The notes beneath the pieces are model-generated. The model was not told where the DNA came from. It saw only the letters and a list, made by a program, of their open reading frames with translations, and searched no databases. Made by a program: the position numbers and the translations under genes. Positions 59,704-64,000 of a stretch of 64,000 bases of DNA are shown here, piece after piece; position 1 is the first letter of the stretch, and every line of letters begins with the position of its first letter. The DNA comes from Candidatus Bathyarchaeota archaeon (GTDB taxonomy: Archaea > Thermoproteota > Bathyarchaeia > Bathyarchaeales > Bathycorpusculaceae). The stretch is taken from positions 192,001-256,000 of the forward strand of contig CAWHDT010000005.1 in NCBI GenBank assembly GCA_963828195.1. Direction: 5' to 3'.

Positions 59704-59785
59704 ACTGGTTTTTTCCCACAACTATTTTTTGCCACGACGCGTGGTTATTCGGAGATGCTGAACTGTTTTGCTCAGGAGAACCCGG

Positions 59786-60442
59786 CTACTTTTGGGCGAG
59801 AAAAGCATTCCACGGCGAACCGACTTCGGTGAACACTTGAATATCAGCAAAGCCAACTGACCGCATAGCATTTTGAATTTCCTCAAGCGGGATGAGTTTT
59901 ACATGTGTTTCCTTGACCACTTTTGCAGGTGAGACCCCATACATCATTTCATTTACTAAAAGCAGTTTTCCGCCTGGCTTTAGCACACGTTTAATTTCCG
60001 CTAAAGCGTCAGGAAAATTGGTCCAAAAATAATAAGTTTCAAATGCGGTTACCAAATCAAAGAAGTCATCTTTAAAACCTATTTTTTCAACCGATCCCTC
60101 GATTATTTCCACTCGGTTTTGAGCAATCAACAGTTTATTACTTTTCTTGGAGAATTTCACCATGTCAACTGAATAGTCAATGCCGAATACTTTTCCTTTA
60201 GGCGTCAGCTGGGCTAATTTGCTGACTGTTTTTCCGCCGCCGCACCCTACATCCAAAATCGTGTCTGAGGGACCAATGGTTACTTTTGTGAGCCCCCACC
60301 GCGTAATCGTCTCATGATGTCGGTTCATCATTTTAGCAACTATTCTGCCGCGAAAACCCCTGGGGCATCGATATTGATCCTCCAGCTTGAACAGCTTAGC
60401 CGCCATCAGATTTACTCCGTTAAACCAGCTAACCAACGCCAT
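59786..60442 (-). CDS. class I SAM-dependent methyltransferase
   Basis: ILDVGCGGG, GIDYS, FDLVTAFET, RVLKPGG. Confidence 0.92.
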   Translation of the reverse strand: MALVSWFNGVNLMAAKLFKLEDQYRCPRGFRGRIVAKMMNRHHETITRWGLTKVTIGPSDTILDVGCGGGKTVSKLAQLTPKGKVFGIDYSVDMVKFSKKSNKLLIAQNRVEIIEGSVEKIGFKDDFFDLVTAFETYYFWTNFPDALAEIKRVLKPGGKLLLVNEMMYGVSPAKVVKETHVKLIPLEEIQNAMRSVGFADIQVFTEVGSPWNAFLAQK

Positions 60443-60584
60443 AGGTTGGTATAAGGCTTAAGAGCCAAAGTCGGGGAATAGGAGCAAACTTCGAATCATC
60501 TGAGGCTCAGCAAAGGAGCTTTTTCCCGTTTTTCAGCGTGATTGTTATTAAGTTCCAGTTTTATCTTCATTAAAGCATCTGCAA

Positions 60585-61136
60585 GTGGGAATAATGAAAA
60601 AAACCAAATTATTAATCTTCACCGCATTGGCAGCTGTGTTGTTAATGTCGTCGATGGCTATTCCAGCGTTTGCCACCTCGGTTCCGCCCTTCACGCTTCA
60701 GGGGTCAGTAAACCAATTGATTTACGTTATGCACGCGGGAACTACCTTCAACGGCACAATCTCGACTACAGGTCCCGTTCGCTTTTGGACGAGCGATCCG
60801 AACGGCTTTGAAATTGTGAATTTAGGCATAATTGATACAACTACAACATTCAACTTTACCGCTCCGCTAAACGGAACCTACATTTTCAATTTCGAGGAAG
60901 ATCTAGGCAACTCCATCCAGGTGACATTCTCGTATGTAACAAACCATCCTATCTCAAGCGTCAACAATTCACCGGGATTTTCCGACGTTTATTTTCTGAT
61001 AACCGTGATTATCGCCATCGTCGGAAGCATACTGATAGTCTTCATCATCCGACGCAAAAACAAAAGTCCGCCTTCCAAAGCTCGGAACACTTCCCCTACA
61101 AACCCAGCATCCCCCAACCCACCTTCAAGTATTTAG
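60585..61136 (+). CDS. single-pass membrane protein with GOLD/emp24-like beta domain
   Basis: Signal peptide, F...DPNG..I......FNFTA..NGTY.F.F pattern, TM, basic tail. Confidence 0.6.
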   Translation: MGIMKKTKLLIFTALAAVLLMSSMAIPAFATSVPPFTLQGSVNQLIYVMHAGTTFNGTISTTGPVRFWTSDPNGFEIVNLGIIDTTTTFNFTAPLNGTYIFNFEEDLGNSIQVTFSYVTNHPISSVNNSPGFSDVYFLITVIIAIVGSILIVFIIRRKNKSPPSKARNTSPTNPASPNPPSSI

Positions 61137-62280
61137 TTAAGCATTCAATTGCTATTACGGCTATTTTTTTTCCCTCTTTTTCAGCCTGCTCAATACTTTC
61201 CTCAAGTTTACCCATCTCGCCTTTTGCATCTTTAGATTTTGGGGCAAGCAGGTTCTTAGTTCCGACAATTTGCAGGCAGACGAAGCCCACGAATAGCGGG
61301 AACCAGAAAATAGCGCTTCTCAACACTACCGCTGCAATCCCGCTGAAGCCTGGGCTTATTCCATAGATTACTAAAATGGTTGCTATGAAAATTTCAAGTG
61401 AGCCGACTGAGAAGCTTGCTGTTGCATCTTGAAATGCTGTGGTGATGAAGAAAACAACTATGTAGAATTCCGGGGTTGCCGAGGGTACTCCCAGTGCATA
61501 AAAAATGAATATGTAAACGGATAAGCCAAGAAGGTACGAAATTGAGTGGAGAGTGAAGGGTTTTATTAGTAGGCGCGGTTTTTTGCGGAACGTTTGGAAT
61601 CCGTTGTAGAAGTTTGCCAGCGATTCTTGGGTTTTCTCCATGCTAGTTTTGAGGTAACTTTTGGGTCTGAATATTTTAAGTAATTTAAGGTAAAATTTCG
61701 CGATGTTTCTTGCCGCTTGCTTGGAAAACGCCAGATAAAGAAGCACACCCATGTATATTGTTACGCCTACCAAAAACAAAATGAAAATGTTTGTTATGAA
61801 TGATGGGATGCCGGGTTTGAATAGTATTAATGCGGCTCCGCTGTATAATCCGACGGTTACGACTGTGTAGGCAACTATACGGTTAGTTACAGCGACCGCT
61901 CCAAGTGCGCCGTAGCTTTCTTTTGTCTCTTTCTGGACCAGATATAACCTGGTTAATTCGCCACAGACGGTTACGCATGGAATAACTAAATCTGTAAAGT
62001 AGCTGACCCAATAATACAGGTAAGCCCGTCTGTACGAAATTTTGATTGAAAGAGCCCTTAGGATGCTGTTCCACGCGGCTGACCAAAAAAATACCGAAGT
62101 CAATACTCCAGCGAGTGCAATAACGTAGAAAAATGTGAATTGCACCGAGTTAATGTGTTTTATAACTAGTAAAATTTGGTTAAAACCGATGAAGAAGTAA
62201 AGATAGATGGCAAAAACTATCAAGCCTATGACCATGACGAAAAGTGACCTTTTAACTGAGAAGTATTTTGCTAACGACAC
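61096..62280 (-). CDS. lysylphosphatidylglycerol synthase TM domain / flippase-like protein (UPF0104)
   Basis: Multiple TM helices, W..IL, GE..R, G.LE, R...FW. Confidence 0.82.
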   Translation of the reverse strand: MSLAKYFSVKRSLFVMVIGLIVFAIYLYFFIGFNQILLVIKHINSVQFTFFYVIALAGVLTSVFFWSAAWNSILRALSIKISYRRAYLYYWVSYFTDLVIPCVTVCGELTRLYLVQKETKESYGALGAVAVTNRIVAYTVVTVGLYSGAALILFKPGIPSFITNIFILFLVGVTIYMGVLLYLAFSKQAARNIAKFYLKLLKIFRPKSYLKTSMEKTQESLANFYNGFQTFRKKPRLLIKPFTLHSISYLLGLSVYIFIFYALGVPSATPEFYIVVFFITTAFQDATASFSVGSLEIFIATILVIYGISPGFSGIAAVVLRSAIFWFPLFVGFVCLQIVGTKNLLAPKSKDAKGEMGKLEESIEQAEKEGKKIAVIAIECLTKYLKVGWGMLGL

Positions 62281-62411
62281 GCATAGTCACTCTATTCTTA
62301 ATCGGAAATCTATGCTAGTATCACAGCAAAGTTATATTCTTTTTCTGCCAAACCCTAACTGGGTTCGGATTCAAACAGGCTACAAACGTGTCGATGCGGG
62401 TTCCTCGGCAC

Positions 62412-63866
62412 CTAAAAATTAATGATTGAAAATTGTTGGTCCTGCGCGGTCAACTTGAGGGTTTGTTCATTTCCTGTTTCTTCAGGTGGATTGCTGCAAC
62501 GGTGGCGTTGACGTTTTTTTCCCTCAACCACAATTATTATTTGTGATGTGTGTGGTGCAAAGATTCCCCGTTTGATGTTGATTCCCGAGATTGCGCTGAT
62601 GGCCAATGACGCCACGCCTGGGGAACTCTTCATTCTGTCGCCGATCAGGGTGACTACGCCTAAGCCGTACTCTATTTTCATGTCCTCGTCAAAACCCTTT
62701 ATTTTTTCCTCGTTTTTCTTGAGGTAATCAGAGTCTAAGAAGAGGAAATCGCGAATCCGCTCCCCCGTCTCCATGGTTTCGGCGCCTAAATCCATAAAGT
62801 CGCTTCGTCTCTCCCAGATTCTCAAGGAATCCTCAAGCGACCTGCTTTTTTCATCATTCATCGAAAGAATGGCGCAGCGCGACTTGCCTGTTAAGCACTT
62901 CACAATTTCTCCGCCGCTTGTTTGGGCTTCAATCACCGAGTACATGTCGGGCTCATCAATGGGAACCACCATTAAGGGTTGCGTGAAGCGCCTGGCCATG
63001 GCGATTGCTGGGCTCTGAACTATTTTCATACCCATCATCGAAGCTTTATGAGCCTCATTGTAAGTAAGCGCCTTAACATGCTCAGTTTTTTGTCCACGCA
63101 CCACTTTGGGGTCGGCGCTTTGAACAGGCACATCTTTATACAACAAAGTTTCAGCGCTGTAGAGGTCTTTTAGAAGGCACGAAACGAAAACCGCTGTTAA
63201 ATCTGAACCGCCCCTGCCCAATATGGTTTCAAGGCCATCAGCAGTAACGCCTAAGAAACCCGCTAAAGAAACTATTTTGCCGTCTTCCAACGGCTCAATT
63301 AGGGCGTGGATTCTTTTTTTGCTTAAATCGTAGTTCGGAACCGCGTCTTCAAAGTTGTCGTCAGTGACGATGGGCCAATCTTCCAGCGGGAGGCGGCAGG
63401 AGTCTAAGCCGTTGCTTTTTATAATGTAATCCGCCAACGTCAACGTGGCGAGTTCTCCGCCTAACGTCAGGATTCTTGCTTTGACGTTGCCGCTGAAGCG
63501 TTTATTAACTGAGTCCAGGGTAGCCTGCGTTAAAGCTTGGTAATTATCCAACTCATCTAAGGCTTGTTCAAGCCATTTTCCTTCAACATGAGCCTTCGCC
63601 AGCCGCTTATAGATTTCAAAGACGGGTTCAAGAGGAAGCTGGCATGCCTGCGCGTAGGATTCGCCTATCCGTATAAGCGCGTCGGTGCAGCCCATAGGCG
63701 CTGAAAAAACAACAATCGGGCCAAAACCGTCTTTTTTGCGGATATGTTTTATCTGCTTGATTATTTTTGGGATTCCTTTGCCTTCCACGTCTAAGAGGCT
63801 GCCGCCGAATTTTGCTATTGAAAGTGCTTTGAAAGCGCATTCCACCTGATACGAGTTAGCAATCAA
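62412..63866 (-). CDS. lysC: aspartate kinase (3' end apparently frameshifted)
   Basis: KFGGS, VVFSA, LGRGGSD, DV....ADP, C-terminal ACT domain. Confidence 0.88.
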   Translation of the reverse strand: MIANSYQVECAFKALSIAKFGGSLLDVEGKGIPKIIKQIKHIRKKDGFGPIVVFSAPMGCTDALIRIGESYAQACQLPLEPVFEIYKRLAKAHVEGKWLEQALDELDNYQALTQATLDSVNKRFSGNVKARILTLGGELATLTLADYIIKSNGLDSCRLPLEDWPIVTDDNFEDAVPNYDLSKKRIHALIEPLEDGKIVSLAGFLGVTADGLETILGRGGSDLTAVFVSCLLKDLYSAETLLYKDVPVQSADPKVVRGQKTEHVKALTYNEAHKASMMGMKIVQSPAIAMARRFTQPLMVVPIDEPDMYSVIEAQTSGGEIVKCLTGKSRCAILSMNDEKSRSLEDSLRIWERRSDFMDLGAETMETGERIRDFLFLDSDYLKKNEEKIKGFDEDMKIEYGLGVVTLIGDRMKSSPGVASLAISAISGINIKRGIFAPHTSQIIIVVEGKKRQRHRCSNPPEETGNEQTLKLTAQDQQFSIINF

Positions 63867-63889
63867 ATCTTGCTTTAATAATTTTCTAA

Positions 63890-63998
63890 TTTTTTAAAAG
63901 AACAATGGCACTTGGGAAGCAACTGTTGTTCTTCTTGGCAATTTTTATTCAAAAGAAGAAGAAGCCCACTGAAAATGTTTTTTTTCTTCTTCTTCTTC
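63890..63998. repeat. palindromic intergenic repeat, copy 3 (two hairpin units; runs to the window edge)
   Basis: TTTTAAAAGAACAAT-N17-TGTTGTTCTTCTTG plus AAAAGAAGAAGAAGCCCA..TTTTCTTCTTCTTCTTC, colinear with 50623-50748. Confidence 0.8.
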
Positions 63999-64000
63999 AT

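Noticed and set aside
61096-61136. 41-bp convergent overlap of two genes, near a T8 run at ~61165
   Set aside because: Could be a homopolymer frameshift, but short convergent overlaps are common and no better alternative C-terminus was evident.
1-64000. Integrase, transposase, cas genes, rRNA, Sec/Pyl read-through
   Set aside because: None recognised in the ORF track or by reading. Absence is judged by eye only.

Overview
Archaeal chromosomal window. Its gene content and style (eL15/eL13/Rpp30/Pop5, archaeal TyrRS, archaeal-type PEP carboxylase, POR, PQQ-propeller and PEF-CTERM surface proteins, many TTG/GTG starts) best fit Bathyarchaeia or a related TACK lineage; this assignment is inference. 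Most of the window is housekeeping or metabolic: part of the RNase P/exosome superoperon, porGDAB, ppcA, a Re-citrate/homocitrate synthase-like enzyme, MetRS, TyrRS, aspartate kinase, three radical SAM enzymes and a CheB-CheR-kinase fusion. The most striking non-coding structure lies at two tRNA genes. tRNA-Ala(CGC) is followed by two ~0.75-0.8 kb toxin-antitoxin cassettes, each closed by a degenerate copy of the same 51-nt tRNA 3' segment, then a TMEM175 gene and a decayed antitoxin copy. tRNA-Asn(GTT) is followed by a 1.4 kb single-ATPase cassette closed by a tRNA copy and bracketed by a perfect 18-bp inverted repeat. No integrase is visible in the window, which suggests minimal tRNA-anchored gene cassettes. 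Other notable items: a dispersed GAAGAAG/CTTCTTC palindromic repeat family at 3 loci, a CysRS homolog with substituted zinc ligands, an atypical family-4 UDG, a structured rpl15e leader, two unannotated micro-ORFs, gene relics and a frameshifted aspartate kinase 3' end. All product calls come from motif recognition by eye; no searches were run.
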